Positions 23,711 to 35,047 of a DNA stretch of 64,000 bases are shown here, one piece after another (position 1 is the first letter of the stretch; each line of letters opens with the position of its first letter). Location of the stretch: assembly GCA_025594325.1 (NCBI GenBank), contig JANHCV010000001.1:3906001-3970000 (forward strand), read 5' to 3'. The notes under the pieces were generated by a model that worked only from the letters and a program-made list of their open reading frames with translations, was not told where the DNA came from and did not search any database. The DNA is from Blastocladiella emersonii ATCC 22665. Its lineage: Eukaryota > Fungi > Blastocladiomycota. The translations under genes and the position numbers were made by a program.

Positions 23711-24838
23711 ATGGATACTGCAACGAATCAACTTGATGCATCAGGCCCGCTGCTGCGGTCCGACTCTGCGCAGCTGAGCGACTCGGCGTGGGCGTCCAAC
23801 GACGGCGACCTGCGCGCCGTCCCTAACATCCAGGGCCTGCCGTACGAGCTACTTCTGCAGATCATGCACCAGATTTCGGCCCAGGACCGCATCGCATGCT
23901 CGTCCGTGTGCCGGCGGCTGCACTCGGCGGCGAGCGCGGTGCTGTTCGCGAACCCGGTCATCGAGTCGGCGCAGCACCTCGAGCAGTTCCTGGCGTGCGC
24001 GACCGTGTCGCGGCACAACTGGCGCGCGTCGCTGGCGGCACTGCACACGCAGTCGCTGTACATGCACGTCCAGCCCGCGGCGTTGTTCCGCGACGAGTTC
24101 CGCCGGCTCGGCGCCGTGTGCCCGAACCTGACGCGGGTGGTGCTCACGGGCAAGCCGCGCACCAACACCGTGTTCCAGGCGCAGCCGAATACCGCTGGCG
24201 CCATGGTCTCGCTCAAGCTGCAGGCGCTCGCCGAGGCCGCGCCGAACCTGCGCGACTTGGAGCTATCGCACCTGGCGCTCCCCGAGGCGCCGGCGCTGCT
24301 TCTCGCCATGGCGCGGCACTGCAAGGACCTGTCGCGGCTGACGATCGACACTTGTTCCGGCATCGATTGGCGCGGGTGCGTTGTGGTCCTGCGTCACTTT
24401 CGCTCGCTCTCGTCGCTGCACCTCGCCGCGGTCCAACCCCCCGAGACGATCTCAGCTATCCATCTCGTCCGCTTGCTCAATTGCCCTCTGCTCGTCCGCC
24501 TGATCGTTGGCTTGTCGGTCTGGACGGACGTCGATGTGCTGCAGGCGATTCCGAGCTTCCTAGACCGCCACCCGCTGCTCGCTCGGCTCGGACTCCGCCG
24601 CGGTCGCATGAACGATGCGGTCGTCAAGGCGATCGCGGACCACTGGCACTCGGGCGCCCTGCCAACGATCTCGCGGGTGCTCGACCTCCACATGATGTTT
24701 GGGCTGCGGTACCGGACCATTCTCGCGCTGGAGAAGCGGTACGAGCGCACGATGCAGATCGTACGGCCTGGGGTTTACATTCCGGAATCCAAGGCCAAGG
24801 AGAGCGACGAGGAGAGCGATGAAGAGGTGATCGCGTAG
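23711..24838 (+). CDS. F-box / leucine-rich-repeat protein, intronless
   Basis: F-box LPYELLLQIMHQISAQDRIACSSVCRRLH, followed by LRR-like units (CPNLTRVVL, APNLRDLEL, CKDLSRLTI, FRSLSSLHL, CPLLVRL, HPLLARLGL). Confidence 0.75.
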   Translation: MDTATNQLDASGPLLRSDSAQLSDSAWASNDGDLRAVPNIQGLPYELLLQIMHQISAQDRIACSSVCRRLHSAASAVLFANPVIESAQHLEQFLACATVSRHNWRASLAALHTQSLYMHVQPAALFRDEFRRLGAVCPNLTRVVLTGKPRTNTVFQAQPNTAGAMVSLKLQALAEAAPNLRDLELSHLALPEAPALLLAMARHCKDLSRLTIDTCSGIDWRGCVVVLRHFRSLSSLHLAAVQPPETISAIHLVRLLNCPLLVRLIVGLSVWTDVDVLQAIPSFLDRHPLLARLGLRRGRMNDAVVKAIADHWHSGALPTISRVLDLHMMFGLRYRTILALEKRYERTMQIVRPGVYIPESKAKESDEESDEEVIA

Positions 24839-25257
24839 TAATAAAGCAGCACGTTCCTTGACCATCCACTTGACTCCATGCGGCACCGTTTGGGCCGCGA
24901 ACACGGCCGTGAGGCGCGACGCCCCGGCGCAGCGCGTCAAGTTCGCGCACGTGGGTGTCGTGCGCCACCTGCCTGAAATAGTATAGCGAGTGTCCCCCTG
25001 GGCGGCGCTCGGGTCGCTCTCAGCTCCCGCTGCTCCCAAAAGCTCCATCGAACCACTTCGTCCATGTATCATACCGTGCAGCCGTGAGCAGCTGCGACCT
25101 CGACCACCTCCGATCACACCGGCTCGCCGCCATCTGCGCCGCCGCCGCCGCCACACTACCCCTTCGTTTGCACCGTCGTGTTGGCAGGGATCGCGGGAAC
25201 CCGCCGCCACTTCGCTCTCCTCCTCCCCCTGCAACGCATCCGGCCCACATCAACGCC

Positions 25258-27320
25258 ATGGAAACCAACGTCGGACTCGACCCGAACCTCATGGCCAAGC
25301 TCGGCGAGGCCGCGCAACGGCCCGCGTGCGACGCCAACTGCCCGAGTTCGCGCCAGCTCCTCCTCTCCGCCGGTGCGTGCGCTCTCCCCTCCACACCGAC
25401 CGTGCGCCAACCCCTGCTCCGATGCGCCGTGTAGAGATCGGCCAGGAGCTGCTGGCGAAGTACCAGCTGGCGTGCGGCCAGCTCGAGTCGGTGCGCGCGC
25501 AGCACGCCGCGGCGCAGCAGCAAGTGTCTTCGCTGCGCATCGAGGCCGAGATGCGTTCCGCCGAGAACCGGGCGCTGGCGCGCGACCTGGCCGCGGCGAA
25601 CGCGCAGCTGCACTCGGTTGAGTCGTCGTTCGAGGCGCTGCAGTCGATGCACTCGCTCGCGGCCTCGGCGTCGCAGGTCAACCTGCTGCGGTCCGAGTCC
25701 AAGGAGGCCGCGCTCGCGACCACCGTCGAGGCCCTCGAGGACGAGCTGCAGGCCGAGCGCAGCAAGAACCACCGCCTGCTGCTCGAGGCCAAACTGCACC
25801 GCGACCTCATTGCGCAGCGCACGCGCGACCGCGACGAGGCGCGGACCCGCTGGATGGCCGCCGAGGACCAGGTTGTCGCCCTCAAGGCGCAGAACCAGCG
25901 GTTGCAGGTCGACGTCGCCAAACTCACCGACGCGGCCGCCGCTTCGGTGTCCGGATCCGCGGTCGCCGCCGACGCCGCGCAGGCGGCCGAAGCGCTCGCG
26001 CTCCTCGGCGACCTGCACGACGCGCACGAGCGGCTGCAGCGCGAGCACGCCGCCGTCCTCGAGCTGCTGCACTCAACGCAGGAGGAGCTCGCCAACGCGC
26101 AGGCCATCGTGAGCACCTCGCCCGCCGCCGACCAGACCGAGTTCAAGCCGCTCTCGTTCTACCTGCCCGAGCACGACGAGCCGCCAAATGTCGCTGCGCA
26201 CGCGCGCGACTGCCACCTCGTCATCGTGTCCGACCCCACCCTCGCGTCCGCGCACCTCGACGCCGACGTGCCGCTCCCGCCGTCGCCGCGCTCGCTGTCG
26301 CCCAACGAGCCCGCGCTCGCGCCGCTGACGACCGCGTCGCTCCTCACCTCGTCCATGATGGTGACAGCGTGCCACGACAGCAACGCGGCCCCGCTCCTCT
26401 CCCTGCCGTCAGCCGTCAGCACCGTCGGCGTCGAGTGCCAGACGCTCGACCTCGACGACTTCCCGCCACCCTCGCCCACCTCGCCGCCACCACCACCACC
26501 CGCCTCACTCGACGCCGTCCTGCACATCTGCCACTCGTTTGCGCGGCAAGTCGACGACCTGGTCGACCACGTGCACGCGATGCGCCACCGCGTCAAGGCG
26601 ACCGACCCCGCCGCGCTGCAGCGCCACGCGCGCGCGTCGTCGCCGCCGCCCGGCACCCCGCTCGCGCCCGACTGGGACTCGCTGTGCGCGCAGAGCCGCG
26701 TGCTGCTGGACGCCATTGAGCGGGAACTCGAGGCGGAAACCTCGCCGAGCGCGGCTGCGGAAGACGCGAGTCCAGCGCCTCACGTCGGGACTTGGTCGGG
26801 CGACAGCGCGCGCGGGGCGTCCCCCTCGCGGTCGCCGCGCGCGTCGGTCGATGCCGCGACGTTGCGCGGGCGGCGGAGCGAGGGCGACACGTGCGACTCG
26901 GCGTGCGGCAGTGGGACCGGCGCCGACGATATCCGCGAGCTCCTGGTGTCGGGGGTCCTGGACTCGGTCTCGCGAGCGATGCGCGTGCTGCTCGCGGACG
27001 CGGTCGCGCTGCAGCGGTCCGTGACCGACGCGTCCCAGGCGTACGTCGCCATGGTCGATGCGAAAGCTGCGGCGTTTCACCATGCGGCCGCGGCCGCCGC
27101 GAGTGTTCCTGACCGTGTTCCAGCGCGAACCCCGCCTGCGACCCCCGCGCGGGGCGGCGCGCGGACACGGCAGGGCACGGCGGCGACGATGGCATCGTCA
27201 GTGCGGTCGCCGAGTGGAGCGCCAGGGAACACGTCGATGGCGCGGTTCCTCGGCCTGTTCGCGAGCCCGCGGCGGCCGAGCCACGCGAGTACGGTCGTGG
27301 GCGGCGGTGGTGGGACGTAA
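25258..27320 (+). CDS. Long coiled-coil protein with an N-terminal CC1-box-like motif, 2 exons
   Basis: ATG 25258; intron 25373-25434 joins LLLSA to EIGQELL; about 250 aa heptad-rich region, then a Pro/Ser-rich tail; stop 27320. Confidence 0.7.
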
Positions 27321-27382
27321 TGAACTGTATATAATAGTAGTGCCATGTGATACATCAAACAAATGTGCTGTGCGTGATCGGT

Positions 27383-28126
27383 CTACGGGAGCGCGTTGCG
27401 CAGGAACATAGCCACGTCCATGAGCTCCTGGTCGTTGGCCGAGTGGCCGAGGCCCGAATACGACTTGAAGTCGATCTTGTACCCCTTGCCCGCGAGGAAG
27501 TCGCGCGACTTTTCGCCCCACTGGAACTGGACGACTGCGAGTGCGGGTTGCGCAACGTCAGTCAGTACGTTCTTAGAGCGCGAGATCGAGGGATTTGGAA
27601 GCGTACCCTCGTCGGACGTGCCATGGCACATGAGCACCTTAGTCTCCTGGTTGGCGGCGTTGAAGATCTTGTCAAACTGCTGCAACAGCGGGTAGTACCC
27701 GCTCATGGCGACGACCCCGCCGAGCTTGTGGGCCGACGTGGTGAGCGTGGTGAGCGACAGCGCCGCGCCCTGCGAGAAGCCGCCGACGACGATGCGCTCG
27801 GACGGGATCCCGTGCACCTCGATCTCGTTCTTGATCAGGTCGTTGACCTTGGCCGCGCTCGCCGCGATCCCGGCCTCGTCCACCTTGCCGTCGCGGTCCG
27901 CCAGGCTGTAAATGTCGTACCACGACGGCATCTTGTACCCCATGTTGAGCGTCACGGGCTGCACGGGCGCGTGCGGGAAGATGAACTTGACGTGCGGCAG
28001 CGCGCCAGCGAGCATCGGCGCAATGTCGCTCCACCCGTGGCCCGAGTCGCCCAGACCGTGCAGGAACACGACGGTCGCCGTGTGCTTGCCCTTGGCGGCG
28101 TGGACGACGGCGTTGAGGAGGGACAT
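27383..28126 (-). CDS. APT1: Acyl-protein thioesterase 1 (LYPLA/APT1), 2 exons; possible upstream in-frame starts
   Basis: FLHGLGDSGHGW, IFPHAP..PVTLNMG..MPSWYDI, GGFSQG nucleophile elbow, CHG.SD.VV, GLGHS catalytic His. Confidence 0.92.
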   Translation of the reverse strand: MSLLNAVVHAAKGKHTATVVFLHGLGDSGHGWSDIAPMLAGALPHVKFIFPHAPVQPVTLNMGYKMPSWYDIYSLADRDGKVDEAGIAASAAKVNDLIKNEIEVHGIPSERIVVGGFSQGAALSLTTLTTSAHKLGGVVAMSGYYPLLQQFDKIFNAANQETKVLMCHGTSDEGTLPNPSISRSKNVLTDVAQPALAVVQFQWGEKSRDFLAGKGYKIDFKSYSGLGHSANDQELMDVAMFLRNALP

Positions 28127-28392
28127 GGTTGGAGGATGCGGGGCGGGCTGAAGGTACACTGCGGCGCCGGCGAGGGCGAGCGCAGCGGCGAACCACGGCG
28201 TCAGTCGATGCATGGACAGCAGTTGCATCAAGTCGGAGAGATTCATGGACGCACAGGCTGCGCAGGGATCAGATGTGCAGGGAGAGAAGAGTCGGCGCGG
28301 CGCGGCTGTCCTGCTTGACGTCGCGTCGCTCTCGGCCCGCTCTCCCTCTCTCCTACATAACGACACTGAATGAAGCATCACACCCCCACACC

Positions 28393-29725
28393 ATGAATAG
28401 CACTACGCGCAACAACCGGCCCGGGGCCCAGGACGACGTGGTCCCGCCGCAGGACGACCGGACCGACGTGTACTTCCGGCATCCCGAGTTCCTCAAGGTC
28501 AGTGTGCCGTGCCGCTTCCGTCAGTCAGCCGTAGTATACTCATGATGGCTCTTGATCCGCCCGCGTCGCGTAGCCCATCGATGGCCGCTTCTCGCACCCG
28601 GACGTGGCGCTGCGGTACCTCAAGCTGTCGCCCGACTTTTACGACCCGACGTGCGGCAACGAGCAGATGGAGATGCAGTCGCGCTACAACTCGATGCAGC
28701 TCATGGACCCGGCCGACGTGCAGTACGTTTGTCTCGACCTACCAACTCGATCGTACGACTGATCCGTCGCCCGGTCACGCTAGAAACATCCTCGGCGTGT
28801 GGTACCGCGTCGACTACATGGACCTGCGGCTGCAGAACTTCCACATCCGCAAGGAGTTCCGCGTCACGGCGCACGAGACCCGGCCCATGGCCGAGTACTA
28901 CATCCACAAGGGCAACATCTACCAGGCGCCCGACCTGTACACGCTCCTGTCCGCGCGACTGGTACGGATAGACGGTCGCCTCGACTGCGCGTACGAGCAC
29001 ACCGCTCACCAGCGTGATGTCTAGTCCACGAGCTTGTTCCTCCTCAACTCGGCCTTCAACTCGCTTGCCAAGGTGGCCCGGTTCCACCCGGCCCAGGGCT
29101 ATGTGTGGGAGGCCGGAGCTGATGCCGTCGCAGGGGCCAAGGACGAGAACGGCGATTCGGACGACAAGTCCGGCAAGAAGTCGGTCAAGTCGGCCACGCT
29201 CGCGGCGACGTCGGTCCGCGACGGCACGGCGCGCGGTACGACTCGCTTTTCCTGCGTGCGGTCGGGCATGAAGACTGACTGACCTGCGTGTGCATAGGCG
29301 CGGAATCGCGCGAAAAGAAGCGCGCCGCGGCGCAAAACACGCGGCACCTGTCGGACAACATCTTCCTGAGCCGCGTCGACGCGCTGATCGGGCACGCGGC
29401 CGAGCGGCAGCACGTTGTCCTCGAGGCGGTACGTGCGAGCGATGTACTCTCGAAACGAGAGCGGCACTGACCCTGATAGTAGATCCCGCAAGAGCCCACC
29501 GAGCAGGACAAGAAGCCCGAGACCGACGCGTCCGCCGCACTGACGGGGGCGCCCGGCGGCACGCCCGAGCTGTCGACGGTCGGGTCCGTGCTCCCGCGCA
29601 AGCGCAAGTCCAAGCGCGACCGCGAGAGTGACGCGGGCAGTCTCGGCGGCGAGTCGACCGTCAGCCGCAAGCGCAAGAAGACGAGCAAGAAGCGCTCGGG
29701 GCAGTCGCAGAGCCAAGGCATGTGA
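28393..29725 (+). CDS. MED6: Mediator subunit 6, multi-exon
   Basis: YLKLSPDFYDPTCGNE, FHIRKE, YYIHKGNIYQAPDLYTLLSARL, FHPAQGY, and a basic C-terminal tail. Confidence 0.88.
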
Positions 29726-29811
29726 TGTGGGAAGGGAAGAGAAGGCATTTATTCCAGCTGCATTGAGCGTATCGAGAGGGAGAAGAAGGTATTAAGAGGA
29801 CAATGAAGCGT

Positions 29812-30965
29812 TTAGAGCTCGCCGTGGGCAGCAGCAGCGCGACGGGCGCGGTTCTGGTCGGTGCCAGCCTGCTCGCAGCCGATGCGGGCGACCGACAAGG
29901 CCGCGACCTCGCCCGACCCGCCAACGCCGACCGACACGGCCGTCGACTGCTTGTCGGCGTCGAACACGGCGGCGAACGGCTTCCAGCCGTTGAGCGGGGC
30001 CTCGACGATGGTCTCAACCTGGGCGCCGTTGATGGCGACCGTGGGCTTAGCGGCACCGCCGCGCACCAGGCCCGAGACGCGGTACCGCTGGCCGGGCGTG
30101 ATGGTCACGGAGCGAGCGACCGATGCGGACGCGCCGCCGAGCCGCGCGAGCTCGGGCGCCTGCGCATCGCCCTTGCTGGCGACCACGTGCCCGTTGGTCA
30201 CCTTCCACCCGGCGAGCCCGTCGTGCCCGACGAGGTTCTCGCCGCACGCCGCCTCCTCGACGATGGTCGAGCGGCGCGCGCGCGCGCCGTCGTGGGCGAC
30301 GCACAGGCCCACGGCGTCGACCTCGACCGTGCTGCCGCCGGCCGCGGCCACGGCGATCACCACGGCGTGCTTGCCCGTCGCGGGCGTGAACGTGTGCGAG
30401 ACCGTGGTCCAGTCGGCGCCCGCGGGCACCTCCTCCTTGAACAGCGTGTCGCCGGCGTTGTTGGACAGCGTGATGGTCGCGGCGCCATCGGCCGCGGGCT
30501 TGCGCGCGCTCGCGACAAACGTGTACGACTGGCCGACCGTCAGGTGCGCGGGCCCGTGGTACAGCGTCGCCGTGGCCGACGACGACGCCGTCGCGTCCAG
30601 CGCGAACACGCGCTCGTCGGCCGCGTCCGTCGACCCCGTCTTGGCCGCGAAACCGGCCTCGCCGCCGTTGCGCTTGTCGACGCGCCACGTGCGCGGCAGG
30701 ATCGACTCCTCCTACGGAAGGCGCAGAGGGTGAGCGATGGGCGCGGATGGAGAGCGCGCTCAGCGAGGAACGTACGAAATCGCCGTTGGCAACGAGGTTG
30801 CGCGTGCCCTCTACACAAGTGAGAGCGAAATCGAGCGCGTCAGATCTGGATCCGCGGGTGAGACAGCAGCGAGCAGCGCGACGCACCTGGACACGTCGTG
30901 GCGGTCGCGAGCTGGGCCGACGCGAGCGCGGCAACGGCGAGGGACGAGAGGATGATCGACTTCAT
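29812..30965 (-). CDS. Secreted protein with two tandem galactose-binding-like (CBM4/9-like) modules, 3 exons
   Basis: Signal peptide MKSIILSSLAVAALASAQLA; spliced NLVANGDF/EES...W, LTVGQSYTFVASAR, WTTVSHTF, VEVDAVGLC; second unit ENLVGHDG..GW, ITPGQRYRVSGLVR, WKPFAAVF. Confidence 0.7.
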
Positions 30966-31253
30966 GGTGAACACAAGGGGCTGGCTCAAGCGGTAAGACA
31001 CGGCGTAGCTCGACGAGGGGAGCGGGGAGAGGAGGGGAGAGCGCGGCGCGCGGCGAAAGACATGAGGGCGCGACGCGTCCGGGCGAGACGCGTCTGCACG
31101 CTGGTCCCACCCGACGCGTCGTGTCCCCCACTTTCGTCGCGTCTTGGCACCGGACGCGGTCGCCGTGAGATGCGCGCGAGGTGCGAGACACGTTGTTTGG
31201 CTGGCAAAAATATAATTGGTTGAACTATTGAAGACTAGCAAGGCCGCAAAGAA

Positions 31254-32639
31254 TCAGCGGAGCTCGACCTTGAGCTGCGACGCGACGGCGTCGCGCACCT
31301 TGGCCTGGATCGCGTTGATCTCGTCGTTGGTGACGTTGCGGTCCATGCTGCGGTAGGTGATGCGGAAGCACTTGGACGTGCGGCCCGTCTTGGGGTGGGT
31401 GAAGGCGTCGAGCAGCTCGACGTGCTCGGCGAGGTCGCCCGCCACGTCGCGCACCACGTCGAACAGCGAGTTGTCGTGCATGCCCTCGGCGGGGAGCCAG
31501 AACGCCATGTCCTTGTAGCACGGCGGGAAGCTCGAGAACGGCTTGAACTGCACCAGCGACTTGGGGTCCGTCGGGTCGACGCCGCGGAACTGGTCGAGGA
31601 ACCGCGGGTCCGTGCTCCAGAACAGCCGGATGTCCGGGATCCCGAACAGCACCATGGCCAGCCGCTCGAGCCCGAGCCCGAACGCCCACCCGACCACCTT
31701 GGGCTTCTCGCCCGCCGCCACTGCGTTGCCCGGCGCGCAGCTGATGATCTGCTGCTGCACCACGCCGCACCCGAGCACCTCCATCCACTTGCCGTTGTAC
31801 TCGACCTCGAGCTCCCAGCTCGGCGCCGTGAACGGGAAGTAGTCGTCGTTCCACCGCAGCGGCACCTGGTCGCCGAACAGGAACCGGCACATGCCCTCGA
31901 GGTTCGTGAACAGGTCGCGCCCGACCGCGGCCACGTGGTCCGGGTCGTGGCACGCCTGCGCCGCGTTCTTGGCCGCCGTCGGCGGCGGGTTGGCCTCCTT
32001 GCGCAGCGACTCGACGGGGAACGACCGGAAGCCCTCCATCTGGTGGAACACCGGGTAGTGCGACGCGTCGATCTCGTCGCGCCGGTAGCAGTCGGCCACC
32101 ACGAGGAAGTTGGTCGCGCCCGAACGCAGCAGCTGCGTCTGGTGCGCCGACGTGTGCGTGCGCAGCAGGTGCGTCTCGTTCAGGTAGTAGCTGTCGTGCA
32201 CCGACCGCCCCGGGTGGTCGCGCGGGAACAGCAGGTCGTCAAAGTTCTGCACCGTCGTCACCACCGGCGGCAGGTCGTTGAACACCTGGATCGCCGGCGT
32301 CATGGGCACCGACGTCTTCCAGTAGTGCGCGATCCGCTGCGCAATGATGTTCACCGGGTGGTGCGGCAGACGGTGCAGCCCGCGTGGCACCTTGTCCAAG
32401 ATGTGCGGCGTCACGTTCGTCCACTGGTCGCGCGCATAGTGCTTGCCCTGCACCGTGTTGCCGTCCTTGCCCACGGCGTTGGCGGTGGTGGCGCTAGCCG
32501 GCGTGGAGAGGGACCGCGAGGCAATGGACCACGGCAGCCCGCGCGCGAGCGTCGTCGCGCTGATCGGCTGGCTGACCGTCGCAGCGCGGATACATGTGGC
32601 GGACGCGGCAATATGCCGCAAGTTGCGAGTAGCGAGCAT
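31254..32639 (-). CDS. MSF1: Mitochondrial (monomeric) phenylalanyl-tRNA synthetase, intronless
   Basis: Presequence; QNFDDLLFPRDHPGRS..DSYY, LLRTHTSAHQ, YRRDEIDASHYPVFHQMEG, YFPFTAPSWELEV, GWAFGLGLERLAM; C-terminal FDX-ACB domain. Confidence 0.96.
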   Translation of the reverse strand: MLATRNLRHIAASATCIRAATVSQPISATTLARGLPWSIASRSLSTPASATTANAVGKDGNTVQGKHYARDQWTNVTPHILDKVPRGLHRLPHHPVNIIAQRIAHYWKTSVPMTPAIQVFNDLPPVVTTVQNFDDLLFPRDHPGRSVHDSYYLNETHLLRTHTSAHQTQLLRSGATNFLVVADCYRRDEIDASHYPVFHQMEGFRSFPVESLRKEANPPPTAAKNAAQACHDPDHVAAVGRDLFTNLEGMCRFLFGDQVPLRWNDDYFPFTAPSWELEVEYNGKWMEVLGCGVVQQQIISCAPGNAVAAGEKPKVVGWAFGLGLERLAMVLFGIPDIRLFWSTDPRFLDQFRGVDPTDPKSLVQFKPFSSFPPCYKDMAFWLPAEGMHDNSLFDVVRDVAGDLAEHVELLDAFTHPKTGRTSKCFRITYRSMDRNVTNDEINAIQAKVRDAVASQLKVELR

Positions 32640-32846
32640 GGCAGTGATGGTGGAACGGATGGCGCGACGAGAGCTCGCAAGCTCGGGCCTCCCTCAAAAT
32701 GTTGTCGGATTCGCTCCCACGTGATGGACCCGCGCTGATGAACATCGCGAGCTCGCTCGAGGCGCAGCGGAGAGTTCGTTCAAAATGGTCAACGTATTAT
32801 GAAAAATGGAGTGGGTAGCAATGAAAGCGTGGTGGAGGCGGGCACA

Positions 32847-34682
32847 CTAGCCGCCGAACCCGCGCATGGGCGAATACTTCATGGGCGGGACATTAGGATG
32901 CGGCTACAGGGAGAGGTGGACGATCGTGAGCGGAGGAACGACGGCAAGGACAAGAAAAGCGATGGGATACGTACCACGGCCTTGAACTGCTCGATCTTGA
33001 GCTCGAGGTCCGGCTTGATGATGATGTAGGCGCCGAGGTTCCCGACCGCGTCGCAGTAGTTGGGCGCCGAGAACACGGTGATGCCTAGACACGAGGACGA
33101 GCGAAAGTCAGCACGGGCGAGAACCGAGGCGACAGCGACGTGACCACGTACACTTGCCGCCGTGGGCCATCTCGTAGCCCTCCTCCTTGACCTCGTGGGA
33201 GCGGATGATCACGTCGAGATTGTTGAGCTTGCAGAACCGCTCCGTGACGTCGGGACCAAACTGCAGGCCGGTACCGCGCTTGGACGGGCCACGGCCGGGG
33301 TGCTCTTGTGGGTCGGCCCACAGCAGGTCGTTCATGACGTCGTTGCCCGTCGGCTGGCGGAACCGGTTGATGCGCTCGATGGCCTCGAGCGTGACGCCGT
33401 CCTCGGACGGCAGACCGCCGTGCACGACAAACACCTTGTTGCCGATGACGTGGACGAGCGGCATCGCGTTGAATACCTCCGTGAACACGTTGAAGGCGGC
33501 GGGCGTGTACTTGGCCACGACCTCGCCCTTGAACCCGTACATCTCGTTCATATTCAGGCTCTCGTGGTTGCCGCGCGAGAGGAACATGACGGGCTCGTCG
33601 TACGCCAGCGTCCACGCGAGCAGCGTCATGATGACCTCGACCGAGAAGGAGCCGCGGTCCACGAAGTCCCCGTTGAAGAGGAACGCGTTGGTCGGGGATG
33701 GGAGGCCGTTGAGCTCGAAGATGTGCAGCAGGTCAAAGTACTGGCCGTGGGTGTCGCCGCACACGATGATGCGGCCGTCCTCGGGGACGGCGACGTGGAC
33801 CAGCGACTTCATGGCCGTGAACCGCTTCTTGGCCTCGACCAGGATCTTATACACGTACTTTTTGTGGAGCAGCTTCTGCTTCTTGAAGTGCTCCATGAGC
33901 TCCTTGACGAACTCGGGCGTCAAGCCCTCCTCGAAGCTCGGGCCGTCGTACGAGGGCTCGACGACTACACTTGTGAGCGGGTCAGTGCTGCCTACGGTGA
34001 GCAAGGAGTGGCTGGTGGCGCGTACTGATCGAATCAATGTCGCCGAGCGCCTCGACGGCGCTCTTGACAATGTCGTCGCTCGCGATCGCCTTCTCGAACT
34101 CGATGCGGCGCACGATCTTCTGGCACTCGTCTACACGGCGGTCCGTCAGTGTGAGAACCGCTATTCGAGCGCCCGAGCACATTATGCACCGTACCGAATT
34201 TCTGGCGCGCGTCGGGGTCGCGCGGGCTGTACTTGATGACGTTGCGCAGATCAGCGAGCGCCTCCTTGAACCGCATCATGCCCATGTTGGCGGTGGCGCG
34301 GCGGTAGTACGCTTTGCTGAACGTCGGGTCGAGCTTGATCGCCTCGTCGGCATCGCTACGCAGTTGGGTTGCACTGTCAGACACGAGCATGGTGCCAGAT
34401 TCGACAAGAGAGAACACACTTGACAGCGAAACCGAAGGACTCTGTCTTGATGTGGGCGAGGGCGCGGTTCGTGTAGTAGGCCTGGACCGAGGGGTTCAGC
34501 AGGATCGCCTCCGTGTACTGCTTGATGGCGCCCTCGTAGTGCTTCTCTGTGCGGGAGAGCCAGGCGAGCGATCAGCCGTGTGAATCTCGGGCAGTCCGAG
34601 GGGCAGCTGGCGCACCGGCGAAGAGGCGGTTGGCCTCAGCCTTGATGGCCTCGGCGCGGACCTCGACTTCAGTGGGTTCCAT
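32847..34682 (-). CDS. PPT1: Serine/threonine protein phosphatase 5 (TPR plus PPP domain), multi-exon
   Basis: TPR segments (AEAIKAEANRLF, KAYYRRATANMG); PPP motifs GDTHGQ, GDFVDRG, RGNHE, HGG, DLLWADP, RSHE, FSAPNYC; C-terminus PHPNVPPMKY. Confidence 0.95.
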
Positions 34683-35047
34683 GGCAGTCAATGGTTTGAA
34701 TCCGTTGCAGGGAGAAGGAAGAGGGGGAGGCCAAGGTTGCTCTGGGAACTGCAACGAGGCAGCGAGTCGCGAAAGCGATCGTCACGTGGCGCGTCAGCTG
34801 ACGAAACGCGAGACGCGTTTCGACTTTTCTGGCTTCGGGTCGCCTCCCTGCTTCGGCTCGTTCACTGCGTTCGACCGACTTGATCTCCGTGTATTCACCG
34901 TAGTGTTTCTATACCTGCAGCAATGTCCGATACTTGTCCGGTTGAGCTGAGGGAGACAGTTCGCACGGCGCTGCAAGAAAGCAAGGAACACTTCTAGCAC
35001 GCGATCGGCTTCAGAGGCCTCGCGATTGCCAGCGAGCGGGAGTATAT

